Made by a program: the position numbers and the translations under genes. DNA of 59,717 nucleotides, the filler included, from Catajapyx aquilonaris (taxonomy: Eukaryota): assembly GCA_000934665.2 (NCBI GenBank). It is 4 parts of 4 records of this genome, joined end to end, with 100 filler letters (N's around TTAATTAATTAA, not from the genome) between each part and the next. Parts side by side here need not be neighbours in the genome. Positions count along the whole stretch, not along the records: positions 29,860 to 44,700 come from JYFJ02007672.1; positions 44,801 to 59,717 come from KZ539721.1; 2 more parts are not named here. One strand, written 5' to 3'. A model generated the notes under the pieces. It saw only the letters and a program-made list of their open reading frames with translations, was not told the DNA's origin and did no database searches. Shown one piece after another: positions 39,811 to 51,650 of this stretch (the first letter of the stretch is position 1; each line of letters begins with the position of its first letter).

Positions 39811-40179
39811 AAAAACCCTCCCCAGAGTCCATACTTTACGGGGCACCCTGTACTGAGGGAACATGTTTACATAAACGATCACGTGGGAGCAACGTGACCT
39901 TGGCATATACGACTCAACTTGGCGGGAACAGGGGGAGGGGGGGATCTGGAGTTGCCATGGTACTTGAGTCACCATCCAAGAGATGGCAGGAGCATATTGA
40001 ACCGAGTTTGACACTGAAAAGTTCGCCTTCTCTATGCACATCCTCGAGGGCTAAATTCACAAACCATCAGGACATCGTAATATTATGATGTATTAGCCGT
40101 CAAAGGTTTAATATAAGGAGGGGGGAGGTCGGGGAGTATGATGAGGATAATTGTTGGGTGAGCATCATTAAGAACATGG

Positions 40180-40279
40180 CCTACACCGCAGGCCGCAGGC
40201 CTAGAAAAGAGCGAGCGAAGCGAGTGGTTTTCTAGGCCTGCGCCCTAGGAAAAGGCGAGCGGAGCGAGGATTTCCCTAG
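40180..40279 (+). mobile_element. Helitron-like 3' termini
   Basis: Repeated GCGAGCG(A/G)AGCGAG followed by CTAG; the last CTAG|T is at 40276-40280. Confidence 0.55.
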
Positions 40280-41369
40280 TCATAGAGTTAAATCTACTGT
40301 TGCAAACATCGCAAGCAAATGTACCCCCCCATGTACCCTTGCATGCCTCTTCAAGTCACAGTCAGATATAAATGCCTTGTCGCACACTCTGCAAACATGA
40401 ATTCGCTGGTGCACTTTTGCATGTGCCACAAATGCTCTTTTTTTGCTGAAGGACTTGTTGCAAACATGACACACGAGTTCACCACCATGGGAGGTAACGT
40501 GAGCCTGCAGCTTGAACACTGAGAAGAAGGACTTGTCACATCTGGTGCACTTGTGGGGCTTCTCTCCTGGATGGGATTCCTTGTGTCTGGTCAGATTTCC
40601 CAAAGTCTTGCATATCTTGCCACAAAGGTCACAAGGGAAAGTATTCCGCTCAGTGTGGGCACATCTGTGGGCCTCAGCCTTCTTTTCCTCATGAAACACA
40701 TTTCCGCAGACCAGGCAAGGGAAAGAAGGATGCATCTTTGTGCCCTCTTGATTTGCATTTGCCTAAAAAATAAAAATGGAAATTTAATATATATTTTTTA
40801 AAGACAACTTTTCAACATAGCCGGTTTCAATGACATGTGACTCACCATTCCTTTATCCGGACTCCCATCTGAATGGTTCTGCTTTGCCATCCTGAAACTC
40901 TTCAGAATTTCCATTGTGCGATGATCTTCCACTTCTTCTGGCTCTGGCTTGACACTGATGGTCGAGATCAAACCACTGTCTGCAGCTGTGTTTTCACCAG
41001 CACCATCTTCCTCCTGGTCATGTCCCGCTGACGGCTGAAATTAAATGCATACAGATAAGTTAATCGTCATATTAAGGACAGCAAGGAGCAGTCCTCTGAT
41101 GTCGTGGTTATGATCTGATCCCACATGATGCTCTCTCATAACCTTACTGATCAACAAAGAAAGATAATCGACATGCTTACCACCCTGCCGTCATCTTCCT
41201 TCCCTTCAACACCTCCAGCCCCTGAAGCATATCTTTCAAAGAAGCCAGTGTCCTCCTCCAGGCAGGAGGACGTCTCCTCCTTGATCCGCAGGAGCCAAGT
41301 CTCCTCCGTCGTCATCTCCTCGTCCTCATCCTCCGCTTCCTTCTTGATGGTCATCGGCAGAGACGACAT
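40280..41369 (-). pseudogene. C2H2 zinc-finger paralog B, 3'-truncated (5 fingers); pseudogene or short variant
   Basis: Exons 41369-41181, 41034-40846 and 40762-40280 are colinear with paralog A. A frameshift near the G7 run (40324-40330) puts FACDVCNSRF out of frame, and homology ends at the Helitron-like end. Confidence 0.75.
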
Positions 41370-41592
41370 GTTCCTGGCTGCCGTTAAAGATCAATCTCTT
41401 TGCTGTCACTTGCAACGGATACGCGTACATTTGATTTCGAGAGAAAACGCAACACTTTTTCTTGCCTCTGAGAAGGTTCACATGTCTCTCAAAAGCCTTT
41501 GGCACAACAACGACATGGGAATGGTCATACATAAAAATTAAACACTACGCTACAGTTTGATCCTGGGTGAGTCTCGAAACACACTTTAATCA

Positions 41593-41890
41593 TTTGCTTA
41601 ATTTGGGTGGGTTTTCATTACTGTATACTGCCTTGACATGATCTCGGATATGATTTTTGCCTGCAAAGCTTTTGCCGCAAACGTCACAAGCGTAAGGCCT
41701 CTCCCCAGTGTGCCTCTGCCGAATGTGGTCCTCTGCATAACTCTTGCATCTGAAAGACCTAAAACAATGGGGGCATTTGACCTAGCCTTTGATAGGAGTT
41801 GGTGGAATCTGATGTCTCCTCGTGTGTTGGTAAAGAGCATTTCTGGACTTGAAGCATTTTCCACATTCTGTGTAAACATGAGCAACTTGT
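41593..41890 (-). pseudogene. Orphan diverged copy of the last three zinc fingers
   Basis: ECGKCFKSRNALYQHTRRH..G*VKCPHCFRSF..HTGERPYACDVCGKSF, homologous to 41981-42260, with an in-frame TAG and lost zinc ligands. Confidence 0.8.
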
Positions 41891-41980
41891 GCCGTTTCAA
41901 ATTACTTGAGTGACGAATGGCATTACCACATGAATGAATCAGTGACTGTTTGTTCCTGAGCTAGTCTCAAAACAATTTCT

Positions 41981-43633
41981 TCATTTGCTGGATTTGAGTG
42001 GCTTTTCCTTACAATGTACTACCTTGACGTGCTGTGCGATTATTTGTCTGCTTGCAAATCTTTTCCCGCAAATGTCACAAACGTAAGGCCTCTCCCCAGT
42101 GTGCCTCTGCAGAATGTGGGCCTTTGCTCCACTCGGGTAACTGAAAGCCTTAGAGCAATGGGGGCATTTGACCAGTTTTTGTCGAATCTGATGTCTCCTC
42201 CTGTGTTGGTAAAGAGCACGTCTGGACTTGACGCATTTCCCACACTCTCCACAAACATGAGATTCATCTTCCATGTGCAGGAACTTATGCGCTTTGAAAC
42301 TACTCGCCCAACGAAAAGCCTTCCCACACACGTCACATTCAAAGGGCCTTTCCCCAGTGTGAGTCAAGCCATGCTGTTCCAAATTACCCTTCTTAGTGAA
42401 TGCCTTTCCACACACAGTGCACTTGAACCTTCTCTCTGACCTTGTCCCCTTATGTCTCTTCAAGTGATACTTGAGATATGTCTCATTCTTAAAAGTGGAG
42501 GGGCAGAGTTGGCATTTGAATACTTGCGTCTGCTCAGCATGCTTCAGATTCTTGTGAACTCTCAAGTTCGCCATAGTCTTACATCTACTGTGGCAAACAT
42601 CGCAAGCAAAGGGTCTCCCTTTCACATGTACACTTGCATGACTCTTTAACTGAGAGTTGTTGCTAAATACCTTGTCGCACACACTGCAAACATGAGTTCT
42701 CTGGTGCACTCTTACATGAGCCAGTAACGAACGTCTTTTGCTGCAGGACTTGTTGCAAATGGGACACACGAGTTCACCACCAGGGTCATGGGAGGAAGTG
42801 TGAAGCTGCAGCCTGAGCTCTGAGAAGAAGGACATGTCACATCTGGAGCACTTGTGGGGCTTCTCTCCCGGATGGGATTCCTTGTGGGTGGTCAGAGACC
42901 CCAAAGTCTTGCATACCTTGCCACAAACATCACAAGGGAAAGTAATGTGGGAGCGTCTGTGGGCTCTAAGCTTCCTTTCCTCATCAAAAACCTTTCCACA
43001 GACAGGGCAAGGGAAACGAGTCTGTGCCTTCCTGCTCTCTTGATTAGCCTTTGCCTACAAAAAAATGACAGCAAGAAATTATAAAAAAGACGACTTCTGC
43101 AGGATCTTGTCACCGCAACCAGTTAAAAATCTACGTGACCTTACATCACCCACCTTTCCCTTCTCCAGACTCTTGTCTACATATTTGTGGTTGACCATCC
43201 TGAAGCTCTTCAGAATTTCCGTTGTGCGAGGACCTTGCACTTCTTCTGGCTCTGATTTGACACTGATGGTCAAGATCAAACCACTGTCCGCAGCAACGTT
43301 TTCACCCGCATCCTCAACCTCTCCTTCGTTTGCCACTGATGGCTGAAATTAAATGCATGGAGGGGGCTCATCATCAGGACGGAAATGAGCAGTCCTCTGA
43401 TCTGCTCTCTCATATCGTACCTTACAGGCCCCTTCATAATAACTAAAGGAGACAATCCACATGCTTACCGTGGCCACCCTGCCTTCGTCTTCCTCCATTC
43501 CCACACTGTCGTTAACGCCTGAAACATATCTTTCAAAGAAGCCAGGGTCCTCCTCCTTGATCCGCAGGAGCCAAGTCTCCTCCGTCGTCATCTCGTCCTC
43601 CGCTTCCTTCTTGATGGTCTGGGTCAGCGACAT
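41981..43633 (-). CDS. C2H2 zinc-finger protein paralog A, 3 exons, ~475 aa, 12 fingers
   Basis: Exons 43633-43469, 43342-43154 (alternative donor at 43145) and 43054-41981. Acidic IKEE/VKSE N-terminus, then 12 C-x2-C-x12-H-x3/4-H fingers with HTGERPF/Y linkers. Confidence 0.9.
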
Positions 43634-43887
43634 GGCCTTCAGGGGTGTCCCACTCGCCTTCGCAAACCACCAACCCTTTCCAAGAACCTCGTCAAAAACA
43701 GTGCGAATCAGAGGGAATCCGCAGACGAAAAAAAGAGAAGCGAAGGAGAATCATTCAGAGGGACGCCATCTTGGATTTTGAGAGAGGGTGCATTCGGACG
43801 CCTGGAAAAAGAACAGACAGCGGGAGGTAGATATGCGCTATTTAAGTATAACTGCTACCTTAGTCACTGATACTCGCTGCTTTAACA

Positions 43888-43890
43888 TAT

Positions 43891-43929
<39 letters not shown>

Positions 43930-44700
43930 CTACCCCTTGCCACCCTTTACAGGGTATTTAGGGGCTCCACTCCCATACATGTAACTTCAGTTTCAATTTA
44001 CAGGACGGTTAATATAGGTAATGCAATGTTAGTGTTTTGTTTTGATACAATTTGATTACATTGTGAAACAGCAATAAGAAACAGTGCACTCAATATTTAA
44101 ACATTTCTAACAAGTTCATAACTGTTTAAAAAAAAATAAAAATCTGGTAAGCCAATTCTTTTGACACGCCACAGAAAGACCAGAGCAGACGGTTCGGAGG
44201 GACCTTTGGGAGGTTTTTGAGATATCTATTTCGCGGGTGGTCGAAGATCGGGCAATCAAACAGAACATGGTGTAAAGTCTGATTGAGGCTCGTGTTACAT
44301 AGATCGCATACTTCGTCCTTTGCAACTTTCAGAGCTTTCCCTTGCAAGTAAAAAGAGGATGACTGATTGCGCACATTGATTATGAGACGAGCGATGGGTA
44401 ACGGAAGGTCACCCATGAAATAGGCTTCAGGTTGACCCCTGGCGCACACCTCGGCATAAGCGCCATAGCTCTTTGATGCATCGAGGTCCGTTTGATCCCG
44501 TAGTCTAAGCTTCGACAGGATTCGTGGGAGCGCGATTGAGATATCAACTATCGTTCCTGGCCGCCACGTTTCATCCAAATCCTCCATTATTTTGCCTAAT
44601 TGAGCTAACCAGTTATATGCTTTCTGCTTTCCCACGTTCACCGCACGTGTTTCGAAGGCCATTGCCATGCTAACTAAAGAATCTTGTGGCTTTTCCGTTA
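43888..44700 (-). mobile_element. 3' end of a non-LTR retrotransposon
   Basis: ORF 44126-44668 ends with the CCHC knuckle CDLC..NQTLHHVLFDC, followed by a 3' UTR and a (TAAA)n tail at 43888-43928. Confidence 0.85.
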
Positions 44701-44800
44701 NNNNNNNNNNNNNNNNNNNNNNNNNNNNNNNNNNNNNNNNNNNNTTAATTAATTAANNNNNNNNNNNNNNNNNNNNNNNNNNNNNNNNNNNNNNNNNNNN
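44701..44800. other. Artificial linker N44-TTAATTAATTAA-N44
   Basis: Same 100-bp spacer. Confidence 0.97.
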
Positions 44801-46233
44801 GGCTTTTGCACACGCGTACTAGGGTTGCATAGGAAAGTTCTACTATTATTCCTTGATTGTAGGGTCTCTAAAGAGCCCATTACGCTACACTTTTTTTTTA
44901 AAAAAAAGTCCATACACTGTTCCCCAAAAATTGACGAAAAAGTACCAAAAAACGGAATTCTTTCCATAAAAAGGACCCTGGAAAACCACAGTTTCTATAA
45001 AAGATTGACTTTAAACACCATAGTGGCTTCAGACTAGACCCAGATAGCACCTAATGCCAGCAAAAGCAAAATCCGAAACTTACAGTGGTTGCCAGACCTG
45101 GAAATAGGCCAAAAAACGTAAATATTTTGAATTTTTCGGATTTTTGGTCACCCTGACCCACTGCACATTTTGGGGGAGAAATCCCGGGCGTTTCCCAGCT
45201 ACTTTGGGTCCTACTAACATGATGTGCATAGTGGTTTCCGAGTAACACGCCGAAAGTTTTTTTTTGCGCTGTGTAATTAATAATTAATATATTATTTAAA
45301 ATAAGGATTTGACTTGAAATTCTAAAGGGGGGTCGTGCCCCCCTTCCCCCCACTCTTGGATCCGACCCTAAATGATTGTCATTGAATAAAACATCATCAA
45401 ATGATTCATATGATCCATTCCAAGGGCAGAATCAACTTTTTAACCAAGTTGGTAAAACATGGCCCAACTTAAAAGGTCGATTTCGGCTAAACGGCTGGGC
45501 CGATTTTGACGTACCAAAATCCATTCAACGCAGCATGTAATGCTCCTTACAAATGTTTAGAGTAGAATCTGCGATAGGTTGCGTAGTTTAGGAGTTATAA
45601 GCGAAAGACTACAAAAAAGGGGGGAAATTTTGCGGTTCTTTGACTCCCAACACTTGAGCAGAAGTCAGAATCCGTCGCAAACTCACAGGACTCTTATTTG
45701 GGACCCCCAAAAGGTATTAACACACTTTCCAGCTTTGGACGATTTTTCGGGAAGCATATGTCTAATTTGCCTGGACTATGTGGCGATAGCCCTAACACAC
45801 ATTTTAGTGTCGTATTTAAAAATATTGCTTTGTTAATATAGGAGATATAGCGGTTTTGTTTTGGACATGTCCTTTTTCTGCACTGATTGAAGTTTCATGG
45901 GCCTGTCACACAGAGGCCACGTCGCGTGCGTCGTACACGACGCATACGACGCACCATGCACCGACCCTGTCACACAGGCCGCGCCGGAGGGGGATTTGGG
46001 GCTGCGTCATAAACCAGCTCCTAGACCTGGGACGCGTCGTATATGCGAGGTGCGGCGTTCGACGTCGGGCCAATGAGCGGGCAGGCTCTACCCCACGTGA
46101 CCGGACCCCCACCAAACTCCTAGTCCCCGACTCCCCCCTGTCCCCGTTCCTCTGTGCAGGACAAAGATGGCGGATACCAATTGCAGTGGACCATGGTTAT
46201 AGAAGACTCAGGTTAGGTCACTCCCACCCACCC

Positions 46234-46523
46234 CCTGCCGAGAAGTTTTGCAGCTGGTGCTCACCTGAGAGCGCCATGAGACATTTCCCGGAGCTATCAT
46301 GTGGCGACCCTACCGGACTAGGCTGAACTTTATAGGTACAAAAGGGAAGCGCTACATGTGGGCCCAACATGGCCGCCGGCGCCCATGTTGGGTCCCCCAA
46401 TGTAGCGCTTCCCTTTTGTACCTATAAAGTTCAGCCTAGTCCGGTAGGGTCGCCACATAATTGCTCCGGGAAATGTCTCATGGCGCTCTCAGGTGAGCAG
46501 CCACTGCAAAACTCCTCGGCAGG
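46234..46523. repeat. ~290-bp near-perfect palindrome (foldback)
   Basis: Two ~140-bp arms centred near 46377 with a very short loop. Confidence 0.92.
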
Positions 46524-46804
46524 CAGAATGTAGTATAAGTGTCCGGGGGCTGCATTGGACCATGAAATGCGGGACCATGCAATCAATGGTGCCGTCAATG
46601 TCGCCTGATGTCGGTACCGTCTTTGTCCGAGTTGTTCATGCCGAATCACGGGGGTTGATCAAGAATAGTCCCGATGCACGACAGCCAAGAAAAAGCAGCC
46701 AGAACTGCTTCTCCTCGTTCCTGTGGATAACGGCCCGTTCCGTGTCCCGAACCCTGTCTAAAATAAGTAGAAAATAGACTCCCTAGCCATTATTTAATGA
46801 CTTT

Positions 46805-46807
<3 letters not shown>

Positions 46808-46867
<60 letters not shown>
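46808..46867. repeat. (AAT)n microsatellite
   Basis: Pure trinucleotide run. Confidence 0.95.
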
Positions 46868-46869
<2 letters not shown>

Positions 46870-47006
46870 ATAAAAATGCACACAGGAAAATCACGCTTTC
46901 AAATTTTGATACACATCCTGGTGGATGAGAGGTATACAGCTCATAAGTCCCGCTCATAAAGAATGGTTCGACTCTATAGACGAAATGATTATCCTGATTA
47001 TCGAGT

Positions 47007-48185
47007 CACTGGTCTACAAAGTTTTTGTAGCAAAGATCGCTGATAGTGTTCCTAATAGAACTTTTTACGCTGAATTCAAATATGTAATTAGAATCTTTCC
47101 ATCACGCATAGTTTTCTTGCTACGACTGTTTTTATGCGTCAATTTGTGAGTTCCTTCTGTACCATTAGCTCACCCCGCAAACATGAAAGAATCATACGAA
47201 AATATGAAACTCCTCCTGGAAAAGATTGACTACGAGACATATGTCTGGAAGGGTTGTGGCGATTTGAAAGTCATTGCACTTTTACTCGGATTGCAGCTTG
47301 GATACACAAAGTATTGTTGTTTTCTATGTGAATGGGACAGCCGAGACAAAAAAAGTCATTTCACTGCAAAGAAATGGAAAGCACGTGAATCGTTTACTCC
47401 TGGAGAAAGAAATGTGTCCCATCATCCACTTGTCAAACCTGAGAATGTTTACTTACCCCCCCCCCCCCACACACACATTAAACTGGGATTAATGAAAAAC
47501 TTCATTAAGGCAATGGACCGCACTGGTGATGAATTTTCCTACTTGAAGGAACAATTCCCTAAGATAAGTGATGCCAAGATTAAGGAAGGGATTTTTGTGG
47601 GTCCTCAAATAAGGCAGTTGATGAGGGATACAAGATTTGAGGAGCGTAGAAAAGGCAGCATGGAATTCCTTTGAAAGTGTCACCAAAAACTTCTTGGGGA
47701 ATTCAAAGGCTGAAAATTACCGTGAATTAGTACGCGAACTCTTGGACTCCCACAAAGCTATGGGATGCAACATGTCCATTAAGATCCATTTCCTGAACTC
47801 CCACCTGGACTTTTTCCCGGAGAATCTTGGTGATGTCAGCGATGAACAAGGAGAGCGATTTCATCAAGACATCGCCAGCATGGAAAAGCGGTACCAAGGA
47901 AAATGGAATCCAAATATGTTGGCAGACTACTGCTGGACACTCAAGGGAGATATCCCACAAGCAAAATACAGCAGAAGGTCATCAATGGCTTCTTTTTAAT
48001 GGGTAATGCGTATGTAACTTATATACCAGCTTCATGTCTCCTTCAAATTTAAATTGTGTGTTACGTAAGAGCCCTGCGTGATAGAAAGAAACTAATTACA
48101 TATTTGAATTCAGCGGAAAATGTACTATTAGAATCACATATTACTTCCCGTGCTACACAAAAAAGTTATTTTTTGTAGACCAGTG
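47007..48185 (+). mobile_element. Chapaev3-type DNA transposon, internally deleted, transposase frameshifted
   Basis: TIR CACTGGTCTACAAA / TTTGTAGACCAGTG and subterminal inverted GCTGAATTCAAATATGTAATTAG. ORFs 47183-47674 and 47637-47999 carry CGDLKVIALLLGLQLGYTKYCCFLCEWDSR, HIKLGLMKNF, KIHFLNSHLDFFPENLGDVSDEQGERFHQD. Confidence 0.9.
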
Positions 48186-48469
48186 TATTATTCCCAACCT
48201 TAATTCGACGAAACCCTATGGACAACCTTTTCTGGACCTCTGGTGACTCGTATGACCCATCTAGATTTTTAAAGAAAAATTTTAATGGCCAAAATGTTCA
48301 ACCCGGTGCAATGCTTACGTAGATTTGATGTGAATTTCCCCCCTAAAATTTTCCTACTTAGCTTTGTTTTTCTCTTCTCTTTTTTATTTTATTTTGATTC
48401 TCTTTTCCCGGACTTCCTCGGGACCGCTAAAAACATGCTGGCGACCCAGGGCAGGGGTTGGGGACAAAT

Positions 48470-48470
<1 letters not shown>

Positions 48471-48537
<67 letters not shown>
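48471..48537. repeat. (AAT)n microsatellite
   Basis: Pure trinucleotide run. Confidence 0.95.
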
Positions 48538-48589
48538 TGTGGGGGTAGTGCTTCACCTTTCGGCGTTCGGCACGGACCTTTATTATTTG

Positions 48590-48862
48590 ATCGTACATAG
48601 TGTACAAGTTGGAGCCATTGAGAAGCGCCCGGGCCCACGGGCAGGATGACAGGAGGGGATGTGCAAGTGCAGTGCATCTGACGTGGTGGCCATTTTTAGT
48701 GAACTCCCCGGGTGGTTTAGTCTGTGGAAATATCACCCGAGACGAAGCCAGAGGTGACCCTGAACTCTGCACGAGATGAAGGGGGTGTCCCCGGGCTGGG
48801 ATCGAACCCGGGACTTTAACATCCGTGGGCGCGTACGTTACCGCAGCGCCTCTCCGCCTCCC
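48590..48862 (-). mobile_element. tRNA-derived SINE
   Basis: Minus-strand head AGGCGCTGCGGTAACG...GGGTTCGATCCC; 3' boundary approximate. Confidence 0.6.
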
Positions 48863-48939
48863 CTGGGACAGAAAAAACATTTCGCCTATTAATATAGAGT
48901 CGCACAATTTTTTATGAACTGTACCGTACATATCTTCGG

Positions 48940-49970
48940 ACAAGGTTCTGCACATCTTTCAATTTGTCTGCCTTGATTGGCAGTTCATCTGAATACATGG
49001 GCTTGTTAGGGACAGATATCGTCACATGAGGTTTTCCAATAGCAAACCTGGACATCAGGGCCTCATGCTCCACGTATATGTCTTCCCAACTGACACTTCT
49101 GTGGGATGTGCAAAGCTGTAGTGCAGAATTTTAACAGACATAAGTCCAAGCTTCTCTTTGGCCTTGTTAGGGACTTGTTTTTTCATGATTGTTAGAAAAT
49201 GAGCTTGGAAGTCAAAAATCATATCCTGATCTACCTGTACCACGTGAAAGTGGTTCTTGCGGCGATCGCTTCGTATGACGTTTGTATTCGGCGGCTGTGT
49301 AGACTCGTTCCTTTCGGGACACAGCCCTCTCTATGGCCTCGAAATCAGCATCGCAGGGCATAAAAGAGTGCCCACGCAGAGGGAAAAAATGTTTCCCTGT
49401 TTTAAAAGGGCCAAGCCTCAAGAGCGAATAAAAATATGCCATAACTGTTTTGTTCCTGTTCTGGCCTGTGCATGCGTCAGAAAAGACAGATAGTTTCAAT
49501 AGATTTTGAAATAACATGTTCGAAGAAATGGTGCAGACACGAGTCACTACCCCATTAGCTCCGTGCTTTGCGATATTCTCTGTCCAGCAATACATATGAT
49601 ATATATCCCTTCTTTTCGTGGCAAACATGTAATAATATTACAATGTGGTTTTACAACTTTAACATATTATGTTAAAGTTGTAAAACCACAACTGTCGTGT
49701 GTAAAATGCCTCTTTAACTGGTAATTTGGGTAGCGGCAGGTTCTTCTCAAAGTCAAAAACAATCGTAGCAACTTTACTATCCTGTCGTGCCAACTCTGTA
49801 CAATTTTTCATAATCTCGTGAAACTTTTCGGCCTGACGTAGGTGCAACGGGTGCAACTCTTTTCTCTTAGCGATCTTTCCCTTGCCCTCCTCAGTGTCTG
49901 CTTCATCTAGCAACTTTGCGTAGTGGTCACACTGAGAGCAAGTGTCTGTGTGTGGTCTGCCAAAGCAGGG
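48940..49970 (-). pseudogene. Sola-type DNA transposase relic
   Basis: PHTDTCSQCD, VFDFEKNLPLP..FYTRQLWFYNF, WTENIAKHGAN, FSDACTGQNRN and GHSFMPCDADF across several frames. Confidence 0.8.
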
Positions 49971-50311
49971 GCGGATCCAGAGAGGAATTTTGGGGGAGGA
50001 ACTATTCAAATGGCGGGGAGGAAGCCCGCCGCAGGTGCACACACACACCCATACACACCCACACACAGCCCTGGGCGTGCATTGCTATCCTTGTGAGGAA
50101 TTTTGTCATTACGAGGTAGTTTTCCTGTAGTTTCCTCATAGTGAACACACGCCTCACAAGGATAGGAAAACATCGAAAAAATACCTCATAAAGAGAGTAA
50201 AAATATATTTCACCAATATTTCGTGTGTTTCCTTGTAGGTTAGGTTAGGTTAGGTTAGTTTTAAATTTTAAATTTTGGAAAAACCTCACAAGGATAGGAA
50301 TGCGCGCCTGT

Positions 50312-50666
50312 GTGTCTTCACTAAGGCGTGGGGACGTGAAAATTCAACTTTTCGAAGCTAGTGTAAACTAACCTAACCTAACCTACCCTACCCTACCCTA
50401 CCCTACCCTAACTAACCTACCCTACCCTAACTAACCTAGGCTGAGAAAAATTGAATTTTTGTGAAACCCTACAAATGAAAATAGTGGGGACATGTCCCCA
50501 CTAATTTAGACATGTCCCCACTGTAATAGTACACATCGCGTGTGTGAAACTGAGGGGACCGACAAATGTCCCCGCAATTCGAACTGTGGAGACAGACGTC
50601 CCCACAGCTACAGTAAAAGCACAAACTTCCGTCCCCAGACCTTATTGAAGACATGAACACGCACAC
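50312..50666. mobile_element. MITE with GTGGGGAC-type TIRs and internal (CCTAA/CCTAC)n
   Basis: TGTCTTCACTAAGGCGTGGGGACG versus CGTCCCCAGACCTTATTGAAGACA. An adjacent similar element at ~50073-50308 has CTATCCTTGTGAGG inverted ends and a (TTAGG)n tract. Confidence 0.65.
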
Positions 50667-50760
50667 ACACCTCCTTAACGTGGGGTCTGTGTGAAGAGTT
50701 GCTTCAAGACCATGATAAAGTGGCTAAAAGGTATTTGAACCCGATAGTACATATAAAAGT

Positions 50761-51238
50761 GCAAGTCTTTCTCTAATTTTAGACATAGTCACCGATACAC
50801 TTTGGTGCATTTGTCCCAGCGGGACACTAGCTTTTCCATACCCCTGCAGAAAAAAGCGCCAGACTGGGCGGGAAGCCAGTGGGGGATGGCCTCTTTCACT
50901 TCCTCGATGTCGCTGAAGTTCTGACCTGCCAGGTGCTTCTTCATTCGCCCAAAGAGATGGCAGACCACGGTCTACCATACACACAGGATACAGTACATGG
51001 ATACAGGTTGGAAATGAAAGAGGTCATCCCAAACTGGCTTCCCACCCAGCCTGGCGCTTTTTTCTGCAGGGGTATGGAAAAGCTAGTGTCCCGCTGGGAC
51101 AAATGCACCAAGTGTATGGTGACTATGTCTAAAATTAGAGAAAGACTTGCCCTTTCATATGTATATCTCAATGTCAGTTTCTCTAGTGAACCGTCTGAAT
51201 TAAAAAGTTTTGAATTACTTTCTGATTCGCCTTCGTAT
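50761..51238. mobile_element. mariner 3' relic with inverted duplication
   Basis: WLPTQPGAFFCRGMEKLVSRWDKC (mariner C-terminus) occurs in both orientations (50761-50880 and 51033-51150). Mariner-like TIR TTACTTTCTGATTCGCCTTCG-TA at ~51216-51238. Confidence 0.8.
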
Positions 51239-51650
51239 CTATATAGCAGGAGGAAGCCAAGACAGTAGTCTACTGATTTTTATGCGAACGCTTTTTGACA
51301 ATAGTGTAGTCTGATAATAATTTTTTATTATTCCGGTCCGATCCGGAATGTGGATGGCTCGCACTTGAGTAGCGCAGCTAATGATGAAACTCATTACATC
51401 TCAGCTGATCAATTCCCGTACCCCTAGAATACTCAAAGTGAGGACGATCATCTTTCTGTTAGGTTACTCTGAAGGAATGTGCGCGGGATAAATTTGAGGT
51501 ATTTGGGTGGCAACTATATAGTTAGTCAGCAAAATCACTGCCTCCCGTTAGTGAATCCACTCCCAGAAGAACGGAGATTTTACTTAGATATTTTCAAAAT
51601 TTTGTGAACGCAAACATCTTTGTCTTTCGTATCCTTCGTGTGCAAAAGAC

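Noticed and set aside
44749..44967. ORFs crossing N linkers or gaps, also at 55446-55871
   Set aside because: Artefacts of translating through Ns.
48364..48955. Poly-N/I/L/Y ORFs, also at 52428-52895 and 18425-18675
   Set aside because: Translations of (AAT)n microsatellites.
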